Positions 1 through 13,385 of a DNA stretch of 64,000 bases are shown piece by piece; the first letter of the stretch is position 1, and each line of letters starts with the position of its first letter. Location: the NCBI GenBank assembly GCA_013265495.1, contig MU058241.1:745249-809248 (forward strand), given 5' to 3'. The notes beneath the pieces were generated by a model. That model had not been told where the DNA came from, did no database searches, and was given only the letters and a program-made list of their open reading frames with translations. The DNA comes from Vicugna vicugna. Lineage: Eukaryota. Made by a program: the position numbers and the translations under genes.

Positions 1-98
1 TTAGGTTTATTTATTTATTTTAATGGAGGGACGGGGGATTGAACCCAGGGCCTCATGGGTGCTAAGCACGCGCCTGCCACGGAGCTCGGCCCTCCCCC
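1..98 (-). mobile_element. tRNA-derived SINE (camelid Vic-1-like), cut by window edge, GC-shifted copy
   Basis: Reverse complement reads ggggagggccgagctccgtggcagg...gggttcaatcccc (degenerate Pol III A box, B box) followed by an (aaat)n-aaacctaa tail. Aligns by eye to the copies at 24177, 29537 and 52955. Confidence 0.85.
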
Positions 99-3039
99 TC
101 CCGTCGCTTACTCTGTATCCATTGTTCAGCACGAAAGGTAACAATAAAAAATCTTGATACCTGCTCTGACTGAAGAACTCAATGTGTTTCCTTTTTTATG
201 GTAAAACCAAGGACAGTAAACTTCTTTGGACATGGCTGTTACGTGTAGAACAACTTGCCTTGAGTAGGAATAAATTCTAGGTACTCTTGCCCCACAGTGC
301 TTTCCTGGTTAACTGTACTTGCTTTATTTTTGAAGCAATGATACCCAACAAAACACAAAGACTGACTCGTGTGCCAAGTGAATGGGTAGCCTTAGAAAAG
401 CCCAGAAAACAACACCGCTCTCCTCAAGCTCTTATGAAAGGAGAATCCTGACCACTGGCTCTAGGCTCCTGCCAAATTTTGCTGAATTTCTCACAATAGC
501 ATCCTAGCCAATTCCACTACACAGAACCACATTTGTGTCACCCCTCAACCCTCAGGAGCGCCTGCATTAGGACGACGTCTGTAGAGCCTTCCCGTTAGCT
601 GGCACCGTCAGACAGCACGGTAACGGCCGGATGTGGAAACCGCTCCTGCCAGGCGGCGGACCCAAAGGGCTGCCGTCTGCGATGGACTGGGAGCCCTGCC
701 TTGGAACGAAGCCTGCTATGTCAGTGGTTCCATCTTAAGCAATCCTCCTCAATCCAACACATCTTACTTAACCTCCATCAAGGGGTGTGTGCCACACCCG
801 AAGATCCAGATCACCGTCCCAGTGCCCCGTGGATGGAAGCGCTTCGGTGTTCTGATGAGCTGTCCTCGACGACTTTAGTAAACTTCATCTTGTCTTGAAA
901 CCCTTGCTGAAACAATAACTCTCATCCATCAAGTAAGTGAAACAGGAACAGTCAAAGGCGAAGTCTGGACATACTGGTAGAGTGAGACGTCTTCCTCAAG
1001 GGTCTTTCAAATCCTGATTTTGGCAGGCGTGACTTTTAGGTCTGCTTGTCTGTGAATATATTTTTCTTTTCATACTGAGAACATAAAGCTTGTTAATGCA
1101 TCTGAGCTCCGAGACAACAGCCTTCCGAAGTGCCCTGACGCTGTTGAGCACGTTGACGTGACCTCTGCTAGATGTCGGCAGAAACTGGCTGTGTCCCCCA
1201 AGCATTCTTAGACTCTAACAACATGTCTGCTACACAGATCATGTGGTTTCCATCCTTGATAGCAACACGAAACAGTAATTAATCAAATGAAGATCTCTCA
1301 GCCCATCTGTGTGCGAAGCTTAAACGTATAGTCTACGGGTGGTCATTTTTAAAGTTTTTGGTAAGAAACAGCATTATACATGTGATTCTAAGTGCAAAAA
1401 ATAATGTATCTGAAATCATTTGCACATCTTGGTTTTTATATCAAACAAAGGCATTTAAAAATTGTGTTATTGGAGTCTTAATTTATGTTTGTATTCTTTT
1501 TCTTTTCAAACCATGCTGATCTTTCAAAGCATACTGACAAAAGTCACAAAACGCACATGGAACCTTGTGACACCATCAAGTGTTGGGACGTCCTCTGCAG
1601 CCACAGAAAGGGCAGTATACCCACCTGGGCGTCCCGGCGTTACGTCATGTCTAGGGAGTATTTCAGGCAGAAGGAACTACTGTTTGGCGATTTTTAAAAA
1701 TAGTGGTTTAAAACATTTTTCATCTATTCATTTCATATTAGTTCCAGTTAAAGTTATTAAAACAATTGGTCAGAATTTTAACTGTTTGTGTGCACGTTCC
1801 TTTTATATGGACAGTAGTGGTCTGGAAGCATCAGGCTCCGTGAACACACAAAGTCCACAATGATATTTCAAGAAAACCCTTTGTGCACTCAAAGAATGTA
1901 ATCAATAAGATTCATGTTGAAGTAATTTTCAGAAAAAAAGAGAATAATAATATTCACCTCCTTGAGATATGTTGTAATGCTAAGAACTGAGAAAAGTCCT
2001 GGAGTTAAGAATGGAAGGGACAGAGTATGCAATTCCAGAGGGAAAGATTTGTTGTCAAGCTTCACCAGAACACTACCTTGTGTCCGATGCCAAACGATGA
2101 GCAGATGCACTACATCTTTCCTTAAAAGCTAATGACACAGACAAAAATGAATTTAAATAAAACGTAAATTATTATTTTAAAAATAGGATTCACCAAAAAA
2201 AAAAGTCCCTCAAGAGACCAGTGCACGTCTTCATCACGACGGAGAAAAGACAACCCTGTGGAGTAATGTCTTTTGAGTTTCAAGGGCAGATTCCACCACT
2301 GGTTCTGGGTACAACTTTCTGCTTAATTCTACCACCTGGAAAAGGGAAATGAGCCTTCGCCTGCCAGGTGCCAATGCCGTGGCTACAAATGCAAGACCGC
2401 AGTGAAAAGAAGCAGAAAGAGGGAGAACACCTTCATGACGCCTTCTAGAAGGTCACGGGCAGTCGACCTCCTTGCCCTGTGCGGTCAGCCAGCTGCCACA
2501 GTTCTCTCCACGACGCTCAGACGTTAACTTCCCAGGAGTGTTTCACATGCAAATGTTTGCATCCCGGTGAACTAAGCTGGGGGAAGCAGGCTATGTTCTC
2601 TTCAACATGCACTCAAAACTCCTGGTTTTATATATTATATACATGTAATATATAACGTATAGTATATTGAAGTAGATTGGCATAGAAATATATCAGAAAA
2701 ATACATTACATATTATACAATGTATATTATACAAATATATGTAGAGATGACTAAGAAAAGAAAGATACGTTTGTACGTAGTATAAATACTGCAATAATTT
2801 TTTCTTAGTCATTCTATCATTCTGGCTGCTACTATGAATACAATGTATTTTTTCTTATTTTCTATGGGGTATGGCCAGAATAGGGAGAAAATTTTATTCT
2901 ATATGACTACTTGTATCATTTGTCTCAGCAGTTTATCTTACACATTCTTAAACACTTCTAACTTTTTAATTTCTTAGATACATAGTATTAGCAACTGCAT
3001 ACTGAACTCCTCTGTAACTTGAAACATGTATGTATAATG

Positions 3040-5195
3040 ATTACTTTTCCTGGCATTCGTGCTTCAGCGAGAACCTTCAAGGCAACGTTGATTAAGAGTG
3101 GTGAGGGCCAGCATCCCTGGTTTTTATCTTGATTTTAACAGAAATAGTGCATTGCTTCTCTCTTTATTAGGATAACTGGGAGTAACTAGTCTGCTTCATG
3201 GTTAGGTTGTTGTCCTCCGGTACTGCCTCACTTAGACTTTTTTTAGGAGTAGCTGCTAAATTTATCAAAAGCTGTCCTTCATCAGCCACCATGAATGCAC
3301 ACAGATGGTTTTCTCCTTTTGTTTGTTAGAACAAAACATCTTTAACCATCACTGCCTCCCGGGCTTAAAATATCGGCTATCTTTTTGAATATTTTAGATT
3401 CTGCTGACTAATAATCTATTTACGATTTCTGAACCCAGTCATGTACAATAATCATATACATTATTCTACATTTTTTCAATTATTTGGTACCTTAGCAAGT
3501 TACAGGATTAAATTATGCTGACATCATGAAACTGGATTGTTTCCCAGTTTTTTTTTTCTATGGCCTAGAAAAGTTTACATTACATAGAAATGATTTGTAC
3601 CCTAAATCTCAAATAGACCTCAGCTGTGACACCATCTGGGCCTGATGTATATTTTTTCAAACTTGCATCTCTTTAAATTACCTTTTCAACATCTTGCTTG
3701 ATTATCTGTAGATTCAGTTTTCTGCCTCTTTGAGGAGAAAGTTTGGGTAGTTTTTCAGGAAATCAATCATTTGCTTTAAAATTCTCATATGTATTGCAAC
3801 AGAGGTGCACAAAGTACGCTCTTGTAAATCTTCTCATCTCTTTAGTATCTGAAATTACACTGCTGACCTCACTCCTCATCTCATCCAGTTTTTGCTTTGT
3901 CTAATTTTCCGTCATCTAACTTTCTGAAAAAAAAATTTAAGTTCAAAGAAATAGTGTTTGGATACATTTATGACATTTAAGATTGCTACTATTTATACTA
4001 CTTTAGTAATTTCTAGTTTTATCTTTACTCTTTTATTTTGCTTTTTTAATTTTTTCTTTATCAAGTTGAGGAAACTCCTCTCTATTCCTAGTTTACTGAG
4101 AGTTTTTATCATCAACATGTGCTGGATTTTGTTAAACTTGTTTTGTGCATCGACTGACAGACCCTGTGATTTTTTCGTTCTTAGCCTGTTGATGTCATGC
4201 ATTACACCGACTGGTTTTTGAATGTTGATCCAGCTTTGGATTCAGTTCCGGGGTAAATCCCACTTGGTCATGGTGTATAATTCTCATTATACCCTTGTAG
4301 ATTTGACTTGCTCATACTTTCTTGAGGATTTTGCATCTATGTTCACGAGAGACACTTATTAACAGTTTCTTGTAATATCTGTCTGGACCTCACAGAACAA
4401 CGGAGGAAGTAGTTAAGTCCCTGTTTCTACCTTCAGAACGAGCTTGGAGACAGTGTTACCGTTCCTTCTTTAATGCTTGGTAGAATTCAGTAGTGAACCC
4501 ATTTCTTTTTTGGAAGGTTATTCACTATTGATTCAATTTACATAAAAGATAGAGGTCTATTCAGATCATCTCTTCCTTCTCGTCTTAGTTTTGGGAGATC
4601 ATTATCTTCTAAGGAATTGTTCCGTTTCACCTAGGTTATCATATTTGTGGGCCTGGAGCTGTTCACAGAATTCGTTTCTTCTCCTTTTAATTTCCACAGC
4701 GTCTGCTCCTTCCACAGGTGATGCTCCTCTTTCATTTCTGGTATTATTAATTTGTACACTCTCTGCTTTTCTTAGTTAGCCTGGCTAGAGCAAATAAAAT
4801 AAAATTTTTGAAAAAAGCAAATAAAATTGCTTTTATTCATTTTTTTTAAAAAAAAACCTAGCTTTTGGTTTCACTGATTTGCTCTACTGATTGCTTCCTT
4901 CCAATTTCATTGATTTCTGCTCTGATTCTTACTGTTTCTTTTCTTCAGCTTACTTTGGATCTACTTTGTTCCTCATTTTCCAGTTTCCTAAGGTAACAAC
5001 TTGTATTATTGATTTTAGAGCTTTCTTCTTTCCTCAAATATTCATTCAATGCTGTCCTTTTCCCTCTAAGCACTGCTTTCATGGCATGCCACAAATTTTG
5101 GTAAGCTGTGTTTTCATTTTCATTTAGTTAAAACATTTTAAAATTTTTCTTGAGATTTCTTCTTTGATGTACATGTCATTTATAAGAGTATTGTT
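3040..5195 (-). mobile_element. Old L1M ORF2 relic(s), antisense; continues at about 6479-6710 after a nested L1
   Basis: Minus ORF 3993-4202 (HDINRL...VDAQNKFNKIQHMLMIKTLSKLGIE) is a decayed form of the L1 ORF2 motif HHIN...[20 protein letters not shown]-rich antisense L1 composition. Left boundary approximate. Confidence 0.8.
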
Positions 5196-6469
5196 AAACT
5201 CAAAATGGATCAAAGACTTACACATTTAAGACAAGGTACAATAAACTTCCTAAAAGAAAATATAGCCAAAACATTATCTTGCATACATCTCAGCAATGTT
5301 CTCCTAGGGCAGTCTACCAAAGCAATAGAAACAAAAGCAAGAATAAACAAATGGGACCTAATGAAATTTACAAGCTTCTGCATAGCAAAGGAAACCATAA
5401 GCAAAACAAAATGACATGGAATGGGAGACAATTTTTGCAAAAGATGAAACTGACAAAGGCTTGATTTCCAGAATATATAAGCCACTCATATGACTTAATA
5501 AGAAAAAAAAACAAAAAACCCAATCAAAAAATGAGCAGAATATCTAAACAAGCAATTCTCCAATGAAGACATATGAATGATCAATAGGCACATGAAAAAA
5601 TGCTCAATGTCACCAATTATCAGAGAAATGCAAATCGAAACTACAGTGAGGTATCACCTCACACCAGTCAGAATGGCCATCATTCAAAAGTCCACAAATG
5701 ACAAATGCTGGAGAGGCTGTGGAGAAAAGGGAACCCTCCTACACTGTTGGTGGGAATGCAGTTTGGTGCAGGCACTATGGAAAACAGTATGGAGATTCCT
5801 CAAAGGACTAGGAGTCGACTCACCATTTGACACAGTCGTCCTGCTTCTAGGCATATATCCCGAAGGAACCCTACTTCAAAAAGACACCTGCACCCCAATG
5901 TTCACAGCAGCGCTATTTACAATGGCAAGACATCGAAACAGCCTAAATGTCCATCAACAGGTGACTGGATAAAGAAGAGGTGGTATATTTATACAATGGA
6001 ATACTACTCAGCCATAAAAATGACAACATAATGCCATCTGCAGCAACATGGATGTCCCTGGAGAATGTCATGAGAAGTGAAGTTAGTCAGAAAGAGAAAG
6101 AAAAATATGAGATTGCTCATATGTGGAATCCAAAAAAAGAAAAGAAACAAAGAAAAATGAACATAAATACAAAACAGAAACAGACTCATAGACATAGATA
6201 CAAACTTGTGGCTGCCAGTGGGGAGAGGGGTGGGAAGGGACAGACTGGGAATTCAAAATTTGTAGATTCTGACAGACATCTGTAGAATAGATCAACAAGA
6301 TTATACTGTATAGCACAGTGAAATATATACAAGATCTTATGGTAGCTCACAGCGAAAAAGAATGTGACAATGAATACATGTATGTTCATGTATAACTGAA
6401 ACATTGTGCTCTACACTGGAAATTGACACAACATTGTAAACTGACTATAACTCAATAAAACTAAAAAAA
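5196..6469 (+). mobile_element. 5'-truncated L1 (ORF2 C-terminus, 3'UTR, A-tail) nested in an older antisense L1
   Basis: ORF2 motifs [30 protein letters not shown] and DTCTPMF with frameshifts; aataaa plus A-tail; TSD agtattgtt at 5187-5195 and 6470-6478. Confidence 0.95.
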
Positions 6470-7479
6470 AGTATTGTTTAATCTCCATATGTTTTTCTCC
6501 AGTTCTCTCTCTGTTAGTGATTTCTACTTCAGTTCTGCTGTGGCCTGACAGCAGATATTGCATGACTGCTATTCTTTCAAATTCGCAAAGCTGTGTTATT
6601 TGGCCCAGAATAGGGTCTTGCCGTGGTCGATATTCCCTGTGAATTTGAGAGGAATGTGTCCCCTGCTGTGGGATGAAGGATCCTACAGGTGTCATTTACA
6701 CACAGCTCATTCCTGATGTATCTGAGTTCCTCTCCCCTTCCTCCTACTGGAATCCAGAGGGGAATTCTCTCCAATATTTACTGCAAGGAAGTAGTTGAGC
6801 TGGTCTGGGTAAACTCGCTAAACCCTGGCCCCCTACTCCCGGAATGTTTAACTCTCAGACTTGTGCACATTGAGTCTCCGGTAATCCATCGATGCTGGGG
6901 GCAGTCTGCTCCATGTCCTCCTCTCGCTCATGGATTTAGGAAGAGCTGTTGATTTTTCTCCTTTCTTGTGGAACTATTTTGCTTTTCTAATGATTTTTTT
7001 TTTCTAGTTTATTACACTGAACACGTAGGTCATTTATAATCAGTCTTTCTCATTTTAGTAACGAAAGCTTAGGTTAATATAAATAGGTCTGCTGTAGGCT
7101 TCGGCGTACTGAATTTCCCTTTTTATTACTTGCAAGGTAGCTCACAGTTCTGTTAGGATTTTCCCTTTGATCTGGGTGTTGCTTCACACAATTCTTTTTT
7201 TTTTCCAATTTACATACGACTCAGTTTACAAATGATTAGTTTGGGGGGGGGTCAATCTGTATTGCTGATATCTAGCCTTGTGTATAAAAGTGTTTTGTAA
7301 AATCTGGGCATTCTAGATTTTATTCTTTTTTTTTTAACTAAGTCATAATAAGAATGTGACTATATGCATACCTACATGCATGTACAGACATAAACGTACA
7401 GACACAGATACAATTACAGAGAGAGATGTGGATAAAGATACAGCTCAGATACAGACACCGATTCAGATACCCTGCCCAT

Positions 7480-7930
7480 ATTTTCTTAGTCCCTGTGATT
7501 CTCATGAACACTGCTCTGGTCTGTCTACCCGTCTTCCAGTGCCGGCATCTGTGTCTCCTTGGCTCAAGGCCTTGTCCGGCCACCCGAGCCCGCTCTGGCC
7601 AAGCACACAGCATGCCGGAAGTGCCAGGGGATGAAGGCCTCCCACAGTGGCCCCAACCGATGGCTGATGGGGGCTGATGCCGAACAGCTCCAGCTCACTC
7701 TTCTCCTGGGAGTGAGAACTCCTAGTTTGTGTCCTGCACTGCCTCCTAGAGACCCGCAATGGAATTCAGGTCCAGATGTCCACAGGAATAACTGGCTGGA
7801 GAAAACCCTTTTCTGAGCTTCTACCCTTGTGTCACTTCCCTTTTCTCTCACTGACGTTTGTTAACATCACATCCCAGATAAACTGCTCACATTCAAATCT
7901 TCGTCTCAACATCTGTTCCTGAGTAACACA
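7480..7930 (+). mobile_element. ERVL-type solo LTR relic (LTR16/LTR33-like)
   Basis: 3' end catcccagataaactgctcacattcaaatcttcgtctcaacatctgttcctg resembles the recalled LTR16/LTR33 terminus. Boundaries approximate. Confidence 0.55.
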
Positions 7931-10056
7931 CACACACTGGAAAGTAAAACACAATTTTGTCTCCCACTCTACTGATGTCCAGGGACAGCTCATTCCATTA
8001 CTTAATTTGACCAGAACACAAAGATCTGGAATGACCTTGTAACATTCTATGTATGAGTAATACATATATCACAGAATTTAAACTCTATTCTGATTCAGAT
8101 GACAACCTATTATCTGGAAGGAAGCGACACGACATAAAGCCTGGCACACGACGGCGTCCTTCCCCAGTCTGCTAAGTATGCAGCTGGTCTGATAAGGCTT
8201 CTCAAAGCAACAGCTGACGCGGGTGAGTCATCCCCACATCAAGCCAGAGATTATTTCAACCCAGTAGAGCTGGTGTTACCTGCGTTCAGGCTCTTCTTCC
8301 CAAATAAGAACAACAGAAACCTACGTTGGGACAATCCAAATCACTACGTGAGCAACCTCTATTTTGAGAAAGAAAAGAATTGTATGAGAAGTTTGGCATA
8401 CGATGTGATTATGTGGTATGATTTAGCCTAGGTCTACGTACAGTGGCAGGATTGAGGAAAAAACCCAACCCCCCATAAAAAAACAAGTACATATAATATG
8501 TGGAGCTGAATGACAGTTCTGTAATCACTTCAAAGCAGAGGCAGCTAAAGTTGGAAGACATCCATCAACGTCTCCCATCCCTGGAGCATTCAAACTGGTA
8601 TAAATAAAGGGGATCCTGGAATGTAATCCTTTTAAAGTTCTTAACTAATGGTCTGGGGCCCAGGCTGCAATACGCCAGAAGTGGCTTAGCAGAGGAGAGG
8701 TAAATTGTCCTCGGTGTCCTCCACACCATCTCCGCATGCAGACCCTAAATCCTGTAATGCACGAATTGCTGCTAGAGATTAAACGCTTAGAAGCGAAATG
8801 GACACAAATTGAGATGAAACCCGCATTCTACTATCTGGTCTTTCTCAGGGGTATTTAAAAGAATAACAAGAGCGTTTCTACTTTAAATCATCGAAGCCTC
8901 TTTCAGGCTTATCCAGTCATCCGGTGTGCAGGAGGGTTTTCAGGAGTTCTTAATCACGGACAATCGCAGAGGTCACGAGTTCACCTGCGTGTCAAAGTGT
9001 GCACTGCGTCCAAATTATTCCTTGGATTTGCTTGATTTCATGAAAACCTAGTCAAAACTATTAATTAGTCCCCTCTTTTGGGGACGCTGGGGATAGGATG
9101 TTTAAATACTTAAAGTATTCTGCTTACTCAACCGAACAGTTTCCTACTTGGTTTGTGATAATAGACAAAATAAACTCTTGGTCTTTAAACAGTCCAGACA
9201 ACGTTAAATTCTTTGTTACCAAAGCTTCTCAGCAAATACACTGGGTATACGCGGACAGACGCAAGTATTATATAATCACTCTTACGTTATTTGTGACAAA
9301 ACTCTCTCTCCATAAACCCGAGATTTTTCGCTAATGTAATCTGGTTTCCCTCAAAGTCACCATTAGCGATGGTTTTTTCATAGATGCTCTCATTACAGGT
9401 GTGGACAGTAAAGCCCTTTTCCGGGACCTTCTTCCAGGGGCTCGTGGAGAGCGAGGCTAAGCCATCACGAGTGGAAGACAGAGTCACTGCCCTCTGTTTT
9501 TCCAGCTCTCCCGCCCCTAAAGCTGTACCCCCTTCCACTGGAGTGTGAGCTCCAGCATCCATCCGCCCTGGGGCTGCTGGGCCTGGACAGAGGACTTGGC
9601 TTGGCCAACGGGAAGGGAGTGGTACGACTGCGGTCCAGCTCGGAGCTGAAGCACCAGGAAGCGTTATGCACTGCTTGCGTTCCTGTGACCTGCCTTTGGG
9701 AGGTCATGTCCCAAGGACTTACCGATAAAAAAGAATGGGGTGACATGTGGCACCTAACTGGACACCAACCCCAGCCGGAAGCAGAGCGCCCCAGGTTGCC
9801 TCTGGGCTTTCACACGTTTGCTGCTGTTGGCTGGGATTTAGATTTCTTTTTTCTCAGCGTTACCGCGGCAATTGCAAACCACGGTTTGGCCATGTAACCA
9901 TAATTTGCCTGAACGCCAGTCGGCTAAAACTGGAACAGTTCACATAAAGAATTATCTGGCCCAAGCTGTTGGGGCTGGTACACTTCACAGCCTATCGTGA
10001 GGAACCCCCCACCACCCGCAGCCCCTACTGAGCAAACACAGCAGGTGGTTTCTTAC

Positions 10057-10108
10057 ATCTCAGTTCCTGGCCTGTATTTTACAAATCTTGGGCCAAAGGA
10101 GAGCGCCA
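10057..10108 (-). other. Candidate internal exon, 52 nt; only open frame reads ALSFGPRFVKYRPGTE
   Basis: Acceptor ttttcttgtctccaacacag and donor AT|gtaaga; one of three frames is open. Protein not recognised. Confidence 0.25.
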
Positions 10109-10436
10109 CTGTGTTGGAGACAAGAAAATGTAACAGAGATAAGAGAAACAAAAGGTAGGGAAAACTAGCAACTTCTAAGGCTGGAAAGCAATAAAGAAAT
10201 GAATGGTCAGAACTGCCCTTAACTCTCTTCTCCATGATTCTGGCTGTATTTGGATTCCTGTTCTTCAGTGAAGCTGCTCTGGGCGATGCCAGCTGAATAT
10301 CCACCTCTTCAGCATGGTGGCCTCCCAATGGAGACGCTACAGGTTCCTTATTTTCATGTTTCCTCACTGCTTGACATAAATGGAATGACTTTCTGGCTTT
10401 AAAGCTGGGAAAGCCTAATTAACATGCTTGTTCACT

Positions 10437-11290
10437 GTTAATCATCAGGGAAACGCAAATCAAAACCACAATGAGGTATCGCCTCACATTTGTCAGAATG
10501 GCCATCATCAAAAGGTCTACAAATGTAAGCGTTGGTGGGGATGTGGAAAAACGAGAACCCTCGTACACTGTTGGTGGGAATGCAAATTGGTGCAAACACT
10601 ATGAAAACCAGTATGAACACTTCACAAAAAATTAAAAATAGAACTACCACATGACCCAGCAATTCCACTCCTGGGTATCCATATCCAAAACAAAAACAGA
10701 AATTCAAAAAGATGCACGCATCCCAGTGTTCACAGCAGCATTACGTACAGTTGCCAAGATGTGGAAACAACCTAAGTGTCCATCAGCAGATGAACAGATA
10801 AAGAAGATGTGTGCATATATACAATGGAATACTATTCAGCCATAAAAAAGAATAAAATTTTGCCATTTTCTGCACCATGGATGGACTTGGAGGGCATTAG
10901 GCTAAGTGAAGTAAGCCACCCAGAGAAAGATAAATGCTGTATGGTATTACTTATATGTGGAATCCAAAAAATACAGCAACATGGTAAGTGTAACAAAATA
11001 GAAGCCGACTCACAGATCTAGAGAACAAACTAGTGGTGACCAGTGGGGAGAAGGAAAGGGTAGGGGCAGCATAGGGAGGAGGGCAGTAAGAGGTACAAAC
11101 TATCAGGTACAAAGTAAGCTAGAAGGATATAGTGCACAACATAGGGAGTACAGTCAATATTGTATAATAACTATAAATGGGATATAACCTTTAAAACTGA
11201 ATCACTACACTGTACACCTGTAATGTATATAACATTGTACAGCAACTATACTTCAACTAAAAAAAGAAACAAAAAAAGAAGGAAAAATAG
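10437..11290 (+). mobile_element. L1 3' fragment (ORF2 C-terminus, 3'UTR, A-tail)
   Basis: Motifs MWKQPKCPS and [32 protein letters not shown]-rich tail at about 11258-11290. Confidence 0.92.
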
Positions 11291-12384
11291 GGAAAGATTT
11301 GCTTAGAAGGGTAGATCAGAAGGCTGAAAAAGTTTGCTTCACCTGAGTCCAGTCTACACTGCTCTATTTCTCATTTGTGTTTTGTCATGAATTCTTCACA
11401 CATTAAGGATGCATATTCACGTAAATCCCCAAATGCATTCAAGTGAGACATAAATTAGTTTTTCATTATCTTACTTTTACTATAACCCATGCCATTAGAG
11501 TATCCTTTCCCAAAGTGCAGAAATAAAAGTTAAGAAGATTCAAATTGAACTTGGAAAGCTTTCCCTTTAGAAAGTAGAAAGACAAGTTAGTATTAATAGC
11601 ATTTAAACTCCTGGGTTAAAATATTAATACTTCCCAGTTAAAATGAAATTTAATAATGTATAGAAAAGTAATGCATACATTAGCGTTTCAAAAGTACAAA
11701 CGATAAAAGATAATGAGGCTCTAGTCTTTGTAACACGACTAAAAAATCAGAATCTCCTAAAACAGGTTTTATAAGCCTTGATTCTGTCATCATTAGTGTG
11801 CGGTTTCTAGGCCAATCTTATCGAAAACCTCAGGGGAACATATTTTAAAACTTTCTAGCCTAATCTGTGTTGTCACCTATGAAAAGTGACTTCTTCACGT
11901 AGTTGAAGCTAAGGTTTGAATTGAGTATCACTGTTAAAAAATAAAACTAGAACTAGGCAGTTTATTTTTTCATGTTATATTCTATACACATCACACACAC
12001 ACACTTTTTCTCACATTTTTAGAAATCTTCAGAGCCGGAAGTCAAGGAGTAGTGCCAGCTCTTTCACTGGTCTGACATCTCGGCCATGACAGCCAATAAT
12101 ACAATCAGAGTGCTTACTTAATTTGCATAGTGCACAGGGCTCTAAAGACTAAATGTGTATACTTACTTTTATGGTATCTAGAAAAGAAAGGTCTTGCAAG
12201 GAATATGCTTGCAAATTATTTAAAGATATTGATATGATTCTCCTTAAAAGATAACTTTTAATGTTGCCAACTGGGTATCAGTTGGAATTACAATCGGAAA
12301 TATGCACACAGTTCTTTTCTGCTGGGTGAACTGTCAGTGTCCTGTTTGAGACAGAATGTTCCAAACCCTCCCTTTTGTATTCAT

Positions 12385-12964
12385 TGTGGTAGGCTGCCTT
12401 CTGAGGTGACCCCAGTGAGCCCTGCTTCCTTCCCTTCACGCCTGTGTAATCCTTTCTGGTAACTGTGAGTGCAGAGTCCCGCGCTTCTAAGCAATGGAAC
12501 ACTGTCACGTGTCAGGATAACACTGCTAATATTAAGTCACAAATGACTGTGACTATTATTTTGATGGCCCTCTGTTTCTGGTTCTTTTCATTTGTTTGGT
12601 ATTTTTTTAAACTGAAGTAGTTTATTTACAAACTGGTGTTCGTTTCAGGTGTACAACAAACTGTTTCAATGAAGCAATTTGTGAGCTGCCCTAAGGAGGC
12701 CCCATATATCAGGAACTTCTGTCCAATAGCATATGAAGAGCTGAGTTCAACCATCCTTCCAGTAACCACAAGGGTGAGCTTGGAAGAAACTCAGTGTAAG
12801 CCTCAGATGTCTCAGGCCCCAGGTGATCAGAACCTCCTGAGAAATCCTAAGCCAGAGGACCTAGTCAAGCCACCAAATCCCTGATGCACAGAAAGGGTGG
12901 GCAATAAAATTTTATCCATTACATTTTGGGATAACTTGTTACACAGCTACAGATAGCTAATGCA
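12385..12964 (+). mobile_element. MaLR MLT1-type solo LTR, interrupted by a small antisense L1 3' tip (about 12595-12665)
   Basis: Starts TG (tgtggtagg) and ends ttgttacacagctacagatagctaatgca, typical of MLT1. Flanked by ttcat/ttcac, a 5-bp TSD with one mismatch. Confidence 0.8.
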
Positions 12965-13199
12965 TTCACCACACACCATCTCTGAAAGTGATACTTCAGA
13001 TTGACTAGATCAATTATAAGTAAGTAAATAGAAAGTGCTGGGCCTTATCTCTTGATATGTGAGGAAAGAACTAGGTATTTACGAAATATTGGTTGGAATT
13101 ATCTTAATTAAAGATTAAGCACAGGCCAGTTCCTGGGAATACTAGTATTAATACACGCGAACTATGGTGGTGTTGAAATGCCTCCAAAGGTGATTTCTG

Positions 13200-13385
13200 G
13201 CAGAACTGGTTTCAATTCCAAAACGGACCACTGATTGGCAGCAGGAGCTTGAGCAGGTAACCTGGTCTTTTTGAGTCTGCTGTCTCATTAGCTAAATGGA
13301 AATGTGTGTAGCATTTTTGTGAGATTAAAATAATATGCGTGGAGCTTCTGACACTTAGAGGGTTCTTAGTCCACCACAAATATTA
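13200..13385 (+). mobile_element. MIR SINE relic
   Basis: Core-like sequence ttgagcaggtaacc...tctcattagctaaatgg...ttgtgagattaaa. Confidence 0.55.

Noticed and set aside
1625..2335. Further minus-strand exon candidates (VVELSRKLYPEP..., HDVTPGRP)
   Set aside because: The segment starting at 2335 has no convincing donor, and the peptides match nothing I recognise.
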